Assembly (NCBI GenBank): GCA_036848175.1
Contig: DAIUKO010000002.1
Location: forward strand, 886 to 64,885
Source: Vicinamibacterales bacterium
Lineage (GTDB): Bacteria; Acidobacteriota; Vicinamibacteria; Vicinamibacterales; CAVVIG01
Length of the DNA stretch: 64,000 nucleotides
Direction of reading: 5' to 3'
Part shown: positions 18,198 through 27,605 of the stretch, piece after piece
How the letters are laid out: each line of letters begins with the position of its first letter
How positions within the stretch are numbered: position 1 is the first letter of the stretch
The notes under the pieces: model-generated
Told to the model about the DNA's origin: nothing
Database searches by the model: none
What the model saw: the letters and a program-made list of their open reading frames with translations, nothing else
Translations under genes and position numbers: made by a program

Positions 18198-18886
18198 GGC
18201 TTGCCTCTCAGCAGCCCGCGCAGTTTGCGCGCGGCGCGGAACAAATGGACACGGACGGTGGATTCGTTCAGGCCTGTCATCGCGCTGATTTCTCGAGGCG
18301 TGCAGTCACCGTAGTGGCACAATGTGAACACCGTTCGTTGACGCCCGTCCAGTCGATCGATGGCCGCCGCCAGCTTGGCGCGGCGCTCCCGCGAGAGCAG
18401 CGCCCGCTCGGGATCGCCGACGCCGCCGCCCACGCTCGAGACCCGCGCTTCGTCGGCGCTGGAGACGTCATTGGATACGAACCAGCGGTCGCGCCGGGCG
18501 CGCGCCTTGCGGCGATCGAGGCAGCCATTGATGAGAATCCGCGTGAACCAGACCTCGAACGGCCAGGTTTCGCGATACGACGTGATATGCGAAAAAACCT
18601 TGACGAAGGCGTCCTGGACCGCTTCGTCGGCTTCGGCCCCATCGCGCAGGTATTGATAGGCAATGCGCGATGCGCGACGCTGATGGAGCGCCACGAGCTC
18701 GCTGAACCGCTCGCGCGCGTCATCCATGTTCCCGTGCTCGACGAGCGTCCGAATCTCGATCGCGACCCGTGTGTCCTCGGAGACGTGCGCCGGCGCAGAC
18801 CGTCGGTCCCGTGTCGCCGCAGAAGGCGCAGCGCCCGCGTCGAGGTCAACGGTCCCGGCGTCGCGAAGGTTCCGGACATCAGTCAT
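18194..18886 (-). CDS. ECF-type RNA polymerase sigma-70 factor
   Basis: Region 2 (AYQYLRDGAEADEAVQDAFVKVFSHITSYRETWPFEVWFTRILINGCLDRRK) and region 4 HTH (TVFTLCHYGDCTPREISAMTGLNESTVRVHLFRARKLR). The true start may be an internal Met (MDDARERF). Confidence 0.9.
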   Translation of the reverse strand: MTDVRNLRDAGTVDLDAGAAPSAATRDRRSAPAHVSEDTRVAIEIRTLVEHGNMDDARERFSELVALHQRRASRIAYQYLRDGAEADEAVQDAFVKVFSHITSYRETWPFEVWFTRILINGCLDRRKARARRDRWFVSNDVSSADEARVSSVGGGVGDPERALLSRERRAKLAAAIDRLDGRQRTVFTLCHYGDCTPREISAMTGLNESTVRVHLFRAARKLRGLLRGKP

Positions 18887-18887
18887 A

Positions 18888-18920
18888 GAGGGATTACGAT
18901 GCGTGACGACTGGTGTTTAC
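18888..18920 (-). promoter_or_regulatory. Candidate autoregulatory ECF-type promoter (GTAAAC-N16-CGTAATCCCTC)
   Basis: Gene-orientation sequence is ctGTAAACaccagtcgtcacgcatCGTAATCCCTCtATG. It shares the GCRTCGTAATCCCTC block with 15851-15865. Confidence 0.35.
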
Positions 18921-18984
18921 AGTTTACTGTAATTTAGCGTATGTTGCTGGACCGTCGCATGTTAAGGAATCGCTGGAGCCAACG

Positions 18985-20574
18985 ATGAGCACTGAGGTAG
19001 AGCGGGGTCGCGCCCTCGATCGCGAAGGAATCCAGACCGATCGGGTGCGATGGAATCTCACCACGGCAGCGCTCTATGAAGAAGCCGTGCGCCGCGACGA
19101 AGCCGTCATTGCTGCCGAGGGTCCGTTGGCCTGCCGAACCGGCCAGCACACCGGACGTTCTCCGAACGACAAGTTCACGGTCCGTGAGCCGTCGAGCGAA
19201 GCCGCAATCGCCTGGGGCAAAGTCAACCGGCCAATGGAGCCGGCGCACTTCGATGTGCTGCATCGGGATCTGATCAGTTCGTTGACCGGCAAAGAGTTGT
19301 TTGTCCAGGATTGCTACGCCGGCGCCGATTCGAAATATCGGCTCGCCGTCCGCATCATCACCGAGTTCGCCTGGCACAGCCTCTTCGTCCGCCACTTGTT
19401 CATCGTGGACGTCGACCCGGCATCGCCGCACGTCCCGGAGTTCACGGTCATCGATTCGCCAAGCTTCAAGGCCGATCCCAAGCGTCACGGCACGAACTCG
19501 GACGTCGTCATCGCGGTGAACTTTGCGAAGAAGCTGGTCCTCGTCGGCGGCAGCAGCTACGCCGGCGAGATGAAGAAGTCGATCTTCTCGATCCTGAATT
19601 ACCTGCTGCCGCTGCGGAACGTGTTGCCGATGCACTGCTCGGCGAACATCGGGCCGGCGGGCGACACGGCGCTGTTTTTCGGGCTTTCGGGCACCGGCAA
19701 GACGACGCTGTCGAGCGATCCCGAGCGCATGCTCATCGGCGACGACGAGCACGGCTGGAGCGATCGTGGAGTGTTCAACTTCGAGGGCGGCTGTTACGCG
19801 AAGACGATCCGGCTCTCGGCCGAGGCCGAGCCGCAGATCTACGCGACAACGCGGCGCTTCGGCACCGTGCTCGAAAACGTCGTCGTCGATCCCGAGACGC
19901 GCGAGCTGGACCTGGACGACGATCGGCTGACGGAGAACACGCGCGCGGCGTACCCCATCCACTTTATCGACAACGCCGTCCCGTCGGGGCAGGGCGACCA
20001 TCCACGAAACGTGGTGATGCTGACGGCGGATGCGTTCGGGGTGTTGCCGCCGATTTCACGTCTGACACCCGAAGGGGCGATGTACCACTTCCTTTCCGGC
20101 TACACCGCGAAAGTCGCCGGTACCGAGAAGGGCGTCACGGAACCAAAAGCGACGTTCAGTACGTGCTTCGGTGCGCCGTTCCTGCCGCTGCCGCCGAGCC
20201 GATACGCGACGATGCTCGGCGAGCGGATCGCGCAGCACGGGACCCGTGTGTGGCTGGTGAATACCGGTTGGACGGGCGGACCCTTCGGCGTCGGCCGCCG
20301 GATGAAGATCAGCTATACGCGCGCCATGATTCGCGCCGCGCTCTCGGGCGCGCTCGACGCCGTGACCTACGAGCGTGACTCGATCTTCAATCTCGACGTC
20401 CCGACCAGCTGTCCCGGGGTGTCGGCCGAGGTTCTCAAGCCGCGCAATACGTGGGCGAACGGCGCCGACTACGATCAGCAGGCCCGCAAGCTCGCGCAGA
20501 TGTTCGTCGAGAACTTCAACGCCTTCGAGGGCGGCGTCACTCCCGAGGTTCTCGCCGCCGGCCCGAACCTCTGA
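18985..20574 (+). CDS. pckA: Phosphoenolpyruvate carboxykinase (ATP)
   Basis: MSTEVERG.. start has GGAG upstream. The kinase-1a motif is [11 protein letters not shown] and the length is typical of PckA. The track start 18913 lies in the AT-rich promoter region. Confidence 0.95.
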   Translation: MSTEVERGRALDREGIQTDRVRWNLTTAALYEEAVRRDEAVIAAEGPLACRTGQHTGRSPNDKFTVREPSSEAAIAWGKVNRPMEPAHFDVLHRDLISSLTGKELFVQDCYAGADSKYRLAVRIITEFAWHSLFVRHLFIVDVDPASPHVPEFTVIDSPSFKADPKRHGTNSDVVIAVNFAKKLVLVGGSSYAGEMKKSIFSILNYLLPLRNVLPMHCSANIGPAGDTALFFGLSGTGKTTLSSDPERMLIGDDEHGWSDRGVFNFEGGCYAKTIRLSAEAEPQIYATTRRFGTVLENVVVDPETRELDLDDDRLTENTRAAYPIHFIDNAVPSGQGDHPRNVVMLTADAFGVLPPISRLTPEGAMYHFLSGYTAKVAGTEKGVTEPKATFSTCFGAPFLPLPPSRYATMLGERIAQHGTRVWLVNTGWTGGPFGVGRRMKISYTRAMIRAALSGALDAVTYERDSIFNLDVPTSCPGVSAEVLKPRNTWANGADYDQQARKLAQMFVENFNAFEGGVTPEVLAAGPNL

Positions 20575-21989
20575 TGGAGTACGAGGCGGTCATTGGGCTT
20601 GAAATCCACGCCCAGCTCCTGACCGCCTCAAAAATCTTCTGCGGCTGCAGCACCGCGTTCGGCGCCCCGCCGAACACGCACGTGTGTCCCGTCTGCCTGG
20701 GCCTGCCGGGTGCGCTGCCGGTGCTGAACCGCGCCGCCGTCGACGATGCGATCCGCGCCGCGCTGGCGCTCGGCTGCACCATCCACGAGCGATCGATCTT
20801 CGCGCGCAAGAATTACTTCTACCCCGACCTGCCGAAGGGCTACCAGATTTCTCAGTACGAACAGCCGCTGGCCACCGGCGGCGAGATGGACGGCGTCGGC
20901 ATCATCCGTATCCACCTCGAAGAAGACGCCGGCAAGTCGCTGCACGAAGGGTTCGCCGACTCCGATCGCAAGACGTACGTCGACTTCAACCGAAGCGGCG
21001 TGCCGTTGATTGAGATTGTGACGAAGCCGGACCTGCGGTCGGCGGCGAGCGCCGCCGAGTTCTTCAGCCGGCTGCGCACCGTGCTCGTATGGCTCGGCGT
21101 CAACGACGGCAACATGGAAGAGGGCAGCCTACGCTGCGATGCGAACGTCTCGGTGCGGCCTGCCCGATCGCAGACGCTCGGCACGAAAGCCGAGGTGAAG
21201 AATCTCAATTCGTTTCGATTCCTGCAGAAAGCGCTCGAGCATGAGATCGCCCGGCAGATCGAAGTGATCGACGACGGCGGCCGGATCGTGCAGGAGACGC
21301 GACTCTGGGATCCAGACGCCGGGCGGACGGTGTCGATGCGGAGCAAGGAAGAAGCGCACGACTACCGGTATTTTCCCGAGCCGGATCTTCCGCCGGTTGT
21401 TGTGAGCGCCGATCGGGTGGCGAGCATCCGCGCGGCGATGCCCGAGCTGCCGGATGCGCGCCGCCGCCGCTTCGTCGAGCAATACGCGCTGCCGGAGTAC
21501 GACGCGGGCCAGCTCACGCAGTCGCGGGCGGTCGCCGACTATTTCGAATCGACGGTCGCGGCCGGCGCGCCGGCCAAGCTCGCGAGCAACTGGATCATGG
21601 GTGAGCTCGCGCGGAAGCTCAACGAAGCCGGCCGCAGCATCGACGCCTCGCCGCTCGCCGCAAGCCGGCTCGCGGGTCTTATCGCGCTCGTCAGCAACGG
21701 CACGATCAGCGGATCGATCGCGAAAGATGTCTTCGAGAAGATGTTCACATCGGGCCGAGCGGCGGACGAGATCGTCGCGGCCGAAGGGCTGAGGCAGATC
21801 GACGACGAATCGCAGATCGTCGGTTTGATCGCCGGCGTGCTGTCTCAACACGCCGATGCGGTCGCGCAATATCGCGGAGGGAAGACGACGACGTTCGGCT
21901 TTCTCGTCGGGCAGGTGATGAAGGCGACAGCGGGCAAAGCGAACCCCAAGCGCGTCAACGAACTGCTCAAGCGGGCGCTTGAAACGTGA
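20574..21989 (+). CDS. gatB: Asp/Glu-tRNA amidotransferase subunit B
   Basis: [52 protein letters not shown] is the canonical GatB N-terminus. The ATG overlaps the pckA stop (TGATG). Confidence 0.95.
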   Translation: MEYEAVIGLEIHAQLLTASKIFCGCSTAFGAPPNTHVCPVCLGLPGALPVLNRAAVDDAIRAALALGCTIHERSIFARKNYFYPDLPKGYQISQYEQPLATGGEMDGVGIIRIHLEEDAGKSLHEGFADSDRKTYVDFNRSGVPLIEIVTKPDLRSAASAAEFFSRLRTVLVWLGVNDGNMEEGSLRCDANVSVRPARSQTLGTKAEVKNLNSFRFLQKALEHEIARQIEVIDDGGRIVQETRLWDPDAGRTVSMRSKEEAHDYRYFPEPDLPPVVVSADRVASIRAAMPELPDARRRRFVEQYALPEYDAGQLTQSRAVADYFESTVAAGAPAKLASNWIMGELARKLNEAGRSIDASPLAASRLAGLIALVSNGTISGSIAKDVFEKMFTSGRAADEIVAAEGLRQIDDESQIVGLIAGVLSQHADAVAQYRGGKTTTFGFLVGQVMKATAGKANPKRVNELLKRALET

Positions 21990-22037
21990 TAGAATTTGGC
22001 ACACTTCTCGCGACGATCGGGAGTCAGAACTCGCGAT

Positions 22038-22697
22038 TTGATCGAAACCTTCCACCTATCGAAGCTCTACAGCCGCGGCGTTTACGCGCTGCGCGATCTC
22101 ACGATCAGCGTCGACAAAGGCGAATTCATCTTCCTGACCGGCCCCAGCGGCGCCGGGAAGTCGACATTCCTCCGTTTATTGCTCCGCGAAGATTTGCCGA
22201 GCGAGGGCGAACTGAAAGTGCTCGGCCGCGATTTGAATGCGCTGCGCCCGGCTCAGATCCAAACGTATCGCCGCAGCGTCGGTTTCGTGTTTCAGGACTT
22301 CCGGCTGATCCCGCGCTTCACCGTGTTTCAGAACGTCGCGTTCGTCATGCGCGTGCTCGGGCTGCCGCTGGCCACCCAGCAACGGAAGACGTTCCAGGTG
22401 CTCAAGTGGGTCGGACTGCAGCATCGGATGAACGCGTTTCCGGAGGAAATGTCCGGCGGCGAGCAGCAGCGGATTGCGATTGCGCGCGCGTTGGTCAACG
22501 ATCCCCAGTTGGTCCTCGCCGATGAGCCGACCGGCAACCTCGATCCCGACCTCTCGCTCGAGATCATGAATCTGTTCCGAGAAATCAACGCGCGCGGCAC
22601 GACGGTCGTCGTCGCCACGCACGATCGCGAGCTGATCAGACGAGTCGGCCGTCGGGCGATCACGCTCGATCACGGCCGCATCGTCGAGGTGGCGTGA
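22038..22697 (+). CDS. ftsE: Cell division ATP-binding protein FtsE
   Basis: Walker A GPSGAGKSTF, signature MSGGEQQRIAIARAL and Walker [13 protein letters not shown]. An in-frame TTG at 22038 gives the canonical MIETFHLSKLY start. The track start 21996 (TTG) is an alternative. Confidence 0.88.
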   Translation: MIETFHLSKLYSRGVYALRDLTISVDKGEFIFLTGPSGAGKSTFLRLLLREDLPSEGELKVLGRDLNALRPAQIQTYRRSVGFVFQDFRLIPRFTVFQNVAFVMRVLGLPLATQQRKTFQVLKWVGLQHRMNAFPEEMSGGEQQRIAIARALVNDPQLVLADEPTGNLDPDLSLEIMNLFREINARGTTVVVATHDRELIRRVGRRAITLDHGRIVEVA

Positions 22698-23584
22698 TGC
22701 TTCGCGCGATCGGCTATGCGTTCGACGAAGCGATTCGCAGCCTCTGGCGCGGACGCCAGTCCGGCATCCTGTCGACGCTGACCATCGCGCTCGCGTTGTT
22801 CGTCCTCGGCGGGTTTCTCCTGGTCACCGCGAATCTGGAACGGCTTGGCGCCGAATGGAGCAACGCCGCGGAGATGTCCGTTTATCTGAAGGACGACGTC
22901 ACCCAGGACCAGCGCCGCGCGATCGAATCGCTGCTGGCGCCGGGCGACCTCGTCGCGTCGCACGAGTACGTGTCGAAAGCCGATGCGCTCGGCCGGTTCA
23001 AGCAGACGTTCACCGATCTGTCGACGGCCGTTGACACGCTTGGGGACAATCCGCTGCCCGCCTCGTACGAAGTGCGGCTGCGGACCGGTCCGTCCGCGCA
23101 GACGGCAGTGGATGCGCTCGGCGCGCAGCTTCGCCAGACGCCGGGCGTCGCGGACGTCCGCTACGATCGGCAGTGGCTGAATCGCGTCCTGTCGGCAATC
23201 ACGGTCATTCGCGGCGCCGGTCTCGTGCTCGCGGCGATTCTCACGATCGCGGCCGCGCTGACGGTCGCCAACGTCGTCCGGCTCGCGCTGTTCGCGCGGC
23301 GCGACGAGCTCGACATCATGCAGTTGGTCGGCGCACCGCAGGCGTACATCCGCGGTCCGTTCGTGATGGAGGGTGTGCTGCAGGGCGGCATCGGTGCGAT
23401 GCTGGCCCTCGCGGTGCTGTCGATAGCCTTCTTTGCGCTGCGGTCACGGTATCTGGTCCCGCTGGCTTCGGCCGTCAATCTGTCGTCGATTCGCTTTCTT
23501 CCGTGGGAACTCTGCCTTTTCGTCGTGATCGGCGGGATGGCGGTTGGGTGCCTGGGTGGATTGGTCGCGGCGTGGAATCGTTAA
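22694..23584 (+). CDS. ftsX: Cell division permease-like protein FtsX
   Basis: 296 aa with 4-TM FtsX topology and a periplasmic domain. There is a 4-nt overlap with ftsE. Confidence 0.9.
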   Translation: MMLRAIGYAFDEAIRSLWRGRQSGILSTLTIALALFVLGGFLLVTANLERLGAEWSNAAEMSVYLKDDVTQDQRRAIESLLAPGDLVASHEYVSKADALGRFKQTFTDLSTAVDTLGDNPLPASYEVRLRTGPSAQTAVDALGAQLRQTPGVADVRYDRQWLNRVLSAITVIRGAGLVLAAILTIAAALTVANVVRLALFARRDELDIMQLVGAPQAYIRGPFVMEGVLQGGIGAMLALAVLSIAFFALRSRYLVPLASAVNLSSIRFLPWELCLFVVIGGMAVGCLGGLVAAWNR

Positions 23585-23605
23585 CCTCGTCAGAATGACA
23601 CAATC

Positions 23606-23635
23606 TTGACATCAGTTTTTCATCGGATTTACACT
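23606..23635 (+). promoter_or_regulatory. Candidate sigma70-type promoter TTGACA-N18-TACACT
   Basis: Lies in a locally AT-richer spacer after ftsX. It has the same TTGACA-N18-TAC..T layout as the promoters at 52980 and 53366. Confidence 0.3.
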
Positions 23636-23673
23636 GGGAGTCGATCAATCCCACAATCATCTCGAGGGCCGGT

Positions 23674-23958
23674 ATGCCACGCTTCGTGAGCGATTCGAGG
23701 CCGATCAGCGCGACACACCCGATCATCGAGTTTTACAGACAGGAATTCCTCAAACATCGTCGCTGCCTGCAGCAGCAGCGACCGTATTATTCAGAAAGCG
23801 CCATCAGCGATGTGGAAATGGCGCTCACCAAGATCATCAACCAGCTCGAACAACTCTCCACTCAAGACAACGCCCCCCAATTGGTCAGCTCGCTCCTGAA
23901 GAAGTTTGACGTCGTGACCGGCTTGTCGGCCTGGTCGGATCCCAAGCACACCCACTGA
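23674..23958 (+). CDS. Orphan hypothetical protein (94 aa)
   Basis: ATG with GAGGG about 10 nt upstream. Third-position GC is clearly above the local average, and overall GC is lower than in neighbouring genes. I recognise no family. Confidence 0.5.
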   Translation: MPRFVSDSRPISATHPIIEFYRQEFLKHRRCLQQQRPYYSESAISDVEMALTKIINQLEQLSTQDNAPQLVSSLLKKFDVVTGLSAWSDPKHTH

Positions 23959-25271
23959 AACGCGCGCGCAACAAGCTCAGACACGACCTCCTCGACATCG
24001 TTCGGGCTGGGATTCGTGCGTGCGATGCGGGCGAGTTGACGCGCACCGCCCTGCTGGAGCTCACGGCTGCGCCTGTGGGGATGGGTCTTACCGCCGCGCT
24101 CGATCGTCCGCGCTACGTGTGCATCGCGGCCGGCAAGGCGGCGGCGCCGATGGCGAAGGCGGCGTCGGGTCTGCTCAAGGGCCGGTTGCGATCGGGTCTC
24201 GTCGTCGCTCCCGCTGATGCGGCGTTCGGCAACTTCGAGGCGATCGCGGGAAGTCATCCTGTCCCGGACGAGTCCAGCGAGCGCGCGGGGCGCCGGGCGC
24301 TGGCGATTGCCGAATCGCTGCAGCCCGACGAAGCGCTGCTCGTGCTCCTCTCGGGCGGCGCTTCGGCGCTGATGGCGGTGCCGGCCGACGGCGTGTCGCT
24401 CGATGACAAGCGACGGACGACCAGCCTGCTGCTGCGCGCGGGCGCGGACATCCAGGCGCTGAACACCGTCCGCAAACACCTCTCGGCGATCAAAGGCGGC
24501 TGGCTGGCGAGCCGCACGACGGCGCCTTTGCGCACCTACGTCATTTCCGACGTCGTCGGCGACGACGTGAGCGTGATTGCGTCGGGGCCCACAGTGCCCG
24601 ACGCGTCGACATTCGAGGACGCGCGACGCCTGCTGGATCGCTATGGCGGCGCCGCGTCGTACCCGACGAGCGTGGTTGAACGTCTGGACCGCGGCGTCCG
24701 AGGCGAAGTGCCGGAAACGCCAAAACCCGTCTACCCGGCGCCGGTGCGCTCCACGATTCGCGTCATCGGCAGCCGCCAAAGTGCGATGCTCGGCGCGGCG
24801 GGCCGCGCGGCGTCGCTCGGCTACCACGTCGTGCGCATGGAAGAGGCGGTCGTCGGCGAGGCGCGACTGAGCGCCGTGGCGCACGTCCGCGCCGCCATCG
24901 CCGCCGCGCAGGACGCACCGCGGCCGGCATGCATCGTCTCGACCGGCGAGACGACAGTACACGTCACCGGGTCAGGAACAGGCGGACGCAACCAGGAGTT
25001 CGCGCTCGCGGCGGCCGACCCGCTGTCGTCCATCGGTGCGCCCGCCGTGATTGGCAGCGTCGGGACGGATGGAATCGATGGTCCGACGGATGCGGCCGGT
25101 GCGATGGCCGACGACACGACCCTCCAGCGTGCGCGCGCCGAGGGGCTGACGCCCGATCGATTTCTCGCAGACAACAATGCCTACGCGTTTTTCGACGCGC
25201 TGGGCGATCTCATTCACACGGGGCCGACCGGTACCAATGTCGGCGACCTCCAAGTAATTCTGTTAGCCTAA
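23955..25271 (+). CDS. Glycerate 2-kinase / hydroxypyruvate reductase family (DUF4147 + MOFRL)
   Basis: Motifs GETTVHVTGSGTGGRNQEFALAAA and GTDGIDGPTDAAGA. The conserved N-terminal helix (RHDLLDIVRAGIRACDAGEL) lies upstream of the first canonical start (TTG 24036). The only plausible start is CTG 23955, which overlaps the upstream stop as CTGA. Confidence 0.85.
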   Translation: MKRARNKLRHDLLDIVRAGIRACDAGELTRTALLELTAAPVGMGLTAALDRPRYVCIAAGKAAAPMAKAASGLLKGRLRSGLVVAPADAAFGNFEAIAGSHPVPDESSERAGRRALAIAESLQPDEALLVLLSGGASALMAVPADGVSLDDKRRTTSLLLRAGADIQALNTVRKHLSAIKGGWLASRTTAPLRTYVISDVVGDDVSVIASGPTVPDASTFEDARRLLDRYGGAASYPTSVVERLDRGVRGEVPETPKPVYPAPVRSTIRVIGSRQSAMLGAAGRAASLGYHVVRMEEAVVGEARLSAVAHVRAAIAAAQDAPRPACIVSTGETTVHVTGSGTGGRNQEFALAAADPLSSIGAPAVIGSVGTDGIDGPTDAAGAMADDTTLQRARAEGLTPDRFLADNNAYAFFDALGDLIHTGPTGTNVGDLQVILLA

Positions 25272-25276
25272 ATTCA

Positions 25277-27529
25277 ATGTTTTCTCGTGATCAGGTGCTC
25301 GCGCTCATGCGCGATCGCGTGCACCATCCCGCCGCGATGCGGGAGCTTCTTCAAGTCCTCAAAGTGCCGCGCGACGAGCGGACGTCGTTCAAGCGGCACG
25401 TCAAGAACCTCGTCGCCTCGGGCGACCTCATTCAGATTCGCGGCCATCGGTTCGGTTTGCCCGAGAAGATGGATTTGTACGTCGGCCGGCTGCAGACGCA
25501 CCCGGCCGGCTACGGATTCGTCGCGCCCGAACGTCCGCTCGAAGCGGGCGGCGACATCTACATCTCCGGTCCGCATCTCAACGAAGCGATGCACGGCGAC
25601 CGCGTCGTCGCCCGCATCGAGCGCGTCAAGGAAGGCGGGCGCGTCGAAGGACGGATCATCCGCATCCTCGAGCGCGCCAACGCCTCGATCGTCGGCCGCT
25701 ACGACCGCGGAGACGACGGCATGGGTTACGTCGTGCCCTTCGATCGACGCGTGTTGATGGACATCTTCGTGCCTCCGGGTCAGGAGGGCGGCGCCTCTCC
25801 GAGCGAAATGGTCGTCGTCGAGCTGACCCGATGGCCGACGGCGACGCGCGGTGCGATCGGACATGTCGCCGAAGTGCTCGGTGACATCGACGCGCCGGGC
25901 GTCGACACGGAGATCATCATCAGGAAGTACGGCATTCCCGACGCGCATTCGGACGAGGCCGTCGGCGAAGCGATTCGATTAGGCGGCTCGGTTTCGGAAC
26001 GCGACATCCGCGGCCGCACCGATTTCCGCAACATCACGACGGTGACCATCGACGGCGAGCACGCCCGCGATTTCGACGACGCGATCACCATCGAGAAATT
26101 GTCGAACGGCCACTTCTGGCTCGGCGTTCACATCGCGGACGTGTCGCACTACGTCCAGGAGGGCACTGCGCTCGACCGCGAGGCGTACGAGCGCGGCACG
26201 TCCGTGTACTTTCCCGAGCGTGCCGTCCACATGTTTCCGTCGGAGCTCGCCACCGGCTTGTGCAGCCTCAACCCGCACGTCGACCGTCTCGTGCAGTCAT
26301 GCCTGATGGAGATCGATCGCCGCGGACAGGTGGTGCGCCACGAATTCCACGACGGCGTCATCAACAGCGACGAGCGGATGACCTACACCGCGGTCAACGG
26401 CATCCTGACCGATCGGGACGCGCAGCTGATGCGCGAATATGCGCCGCTCGTGCCGATGTTCGAGCAAATGCGCGAGCTCTTCCAGATCCTCAACGACGCG
26501 CGCCGCAGACGAGGGTCGATCGACTTCGACTTGAACGAAGCCGAAGTCATCATGGACGAGGGCGGACGTGTGGAAGCGATCATCGCGCTCGAGCGCAACG
26601 TCGCCCACCGCCTCATCGAAGAGTTCATGCTCCTGGCCAACGAGACCGTCGCCTCGTATCTCGAATCGCAGAACGCGCCGGCGCTGTATCGCATTCACGA
26701 GGAGCCGGACATCCTGAAGGTGGCCAAGTTCGAGGAGTTCATCTCGGGCTTCGGCTACAGCCTCGCCGCGCCGGCGGGCGCACTCCGTCCGCGTCACTTT
26801 CAGAAGCTGATCGAGCGCCTCCACGGCAAGCCCGAAGAGAAGCCGATCGCGTTCCTCATGCTGCGGACGATGCAGAAGGCGCGCTACGCGCCCGAGAACC
26901 TGGGACACTTCGGGCTGGCCGCTCCGAGCTACACCCACTTCACGTCGCCGATCCGCCGGTATCCGGATCTCGTCGTCCATCGCGCGCTGCGCGCGGCGCG
27001 GCACCGGTTGTTGACCGAGGAGATCCGCGAAGAACAGATCGAGGAACTGCCGGAAGTCGCGAGGCACACGTCCGACATGGAACGCCGCGCCGACGACGCC
27101 GAGCGCGAGCTCGTGCAGTGGAAGAAAGTGAAATTCATGGCCGACAAGGTCGGCGATGAGTTCGAAGGCTACGTCACCGGCGTCGCGGCGTTCGGCTTGT
27201 TCATCGAGCTCATCGAGCATTTCGTCGAGGGACTCGTGCATGTGTCGACGATGGCCGACGACTATTACCGGTTCGTGGAAAGCGCCCACCTGCTGAAGGG
27301 CGAGAACACCCACAAGGTCTATCGACTTGGCGACAAGGTGAAGGTCCAGGTGATTCGCGTCAACATGGAGACGCGGCAGGTCGATCTCGGGCTGGTCGAG
27401 ATTCTCGAGCGCGTCCGCGAAGGGGAACGCGGGCCGCGGCGCAGCAAGGCGGTGCCAAAGCGCGACACGCGCCGCAAACAGCGTCCGGGCCGGGCCGAGC
27501 GGCAGATGCGCAAGCGCGGGCGGCGATGA
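25277..27529 (+). CDS. rnr: Ribonuclease R
   Basis: MFSRDQVLALMRDRVHHPAAMRELL.. (HTH/winged helix), cold-shock domains, an RNB domain (ITIDGEHARDFDDAI) and a C-terminal S1 domain with a basic tail. The track N-terminal extension overlaps the previous gene. Confidence 0.95.
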   Translation: MFSRDQVLALMRDRVHHPAAMRELLQVLKVPRDERTSFKRHVKNLVASGDLIQIRGHRFGLPEKMDLYVGRLQTHPAGYGFVAPERPLEAGGDIYISGPHLNEAMHGDRVVARIERVKEGGRVEGRIIRILERANASIVGRYDRGDDGMGYVVPFDRRVLMDIFVPPGQEGGASPSEMVVVELTRWPTATRGAIGHVAEVLGDIDAPGVDTEIIIRKYGIPDAHSDEAVGEAIRLGGSVSERDIRGRTDFRNITTVTIDGEHARDFDDAITIEKLSNGHFWLGVHIADVSHYVQEGTALDREAYERGTSVYFPERAVHMFPSELATGLCSLNPHVDRLVQSCLMEIDRRGQVVRHEFHDGVINSDERMTYTAVNGILTDRDAQLMREYAPLVPMFEQMRELFQILNDARRRRGSIDFDLNEAEVIMDEGGRVEAIIALERNVAHRLIEEFMLLANETVASYLESQNAPALYRIHEEPDILKVAKFEEFISGFGYSLAAPAGALRPRHFQKLIERLHGKPEEKPIAFLMLRTMQKARYAPENLGHFGLAAPSYTHFTSPIRRYPDLVVHRALRAARHRLLTEEIREEQIEELPEVARHTSDMERRADDAERELVQWKKVKFMADKVGDEFEGYVTGVAAFGLFIELIEHFVEGLVHVSTMADDYYRFVESAHLLKGENTHKVYRLGDKVKVQVIRVNMETRQVDLGLVEILERVREGERGPRRSKAVPKRDTRRKQRPGRAERQMRKRGRR

Positions 27530-27605
27530 TCGCGCTGTCCACTGCTGTCGAAGTTCTCCACCACGGAGGACGCGGAGGCCACCAAGGATCGTTGGTGGCG
27601 AGCTG

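Noticed and set aside
21997-22011. sigma54-like TGGCACacttcTCGC upstream of ftsE
   Set aside because: The -12 box is TCGC rather than TTGC. The element overlaps the alternative ftsE start (TTG 21996) and sits 8 nt after the gatB stop. ftsEX is not a known sigma54 target. I treat it as a chance partial match.
23674-24038. Frameshifted or pseudogenised 5' end of glycerate kinase (the 94-aa ORF as its displaced N-terminus)
   Set aside because: The kinase frame already encodes the expected family N-terminal helix from about 23955, and its length from there fits the family. The 94-aa ORF shows no resemblance to that region and has its own RBS and promoter-like signals.
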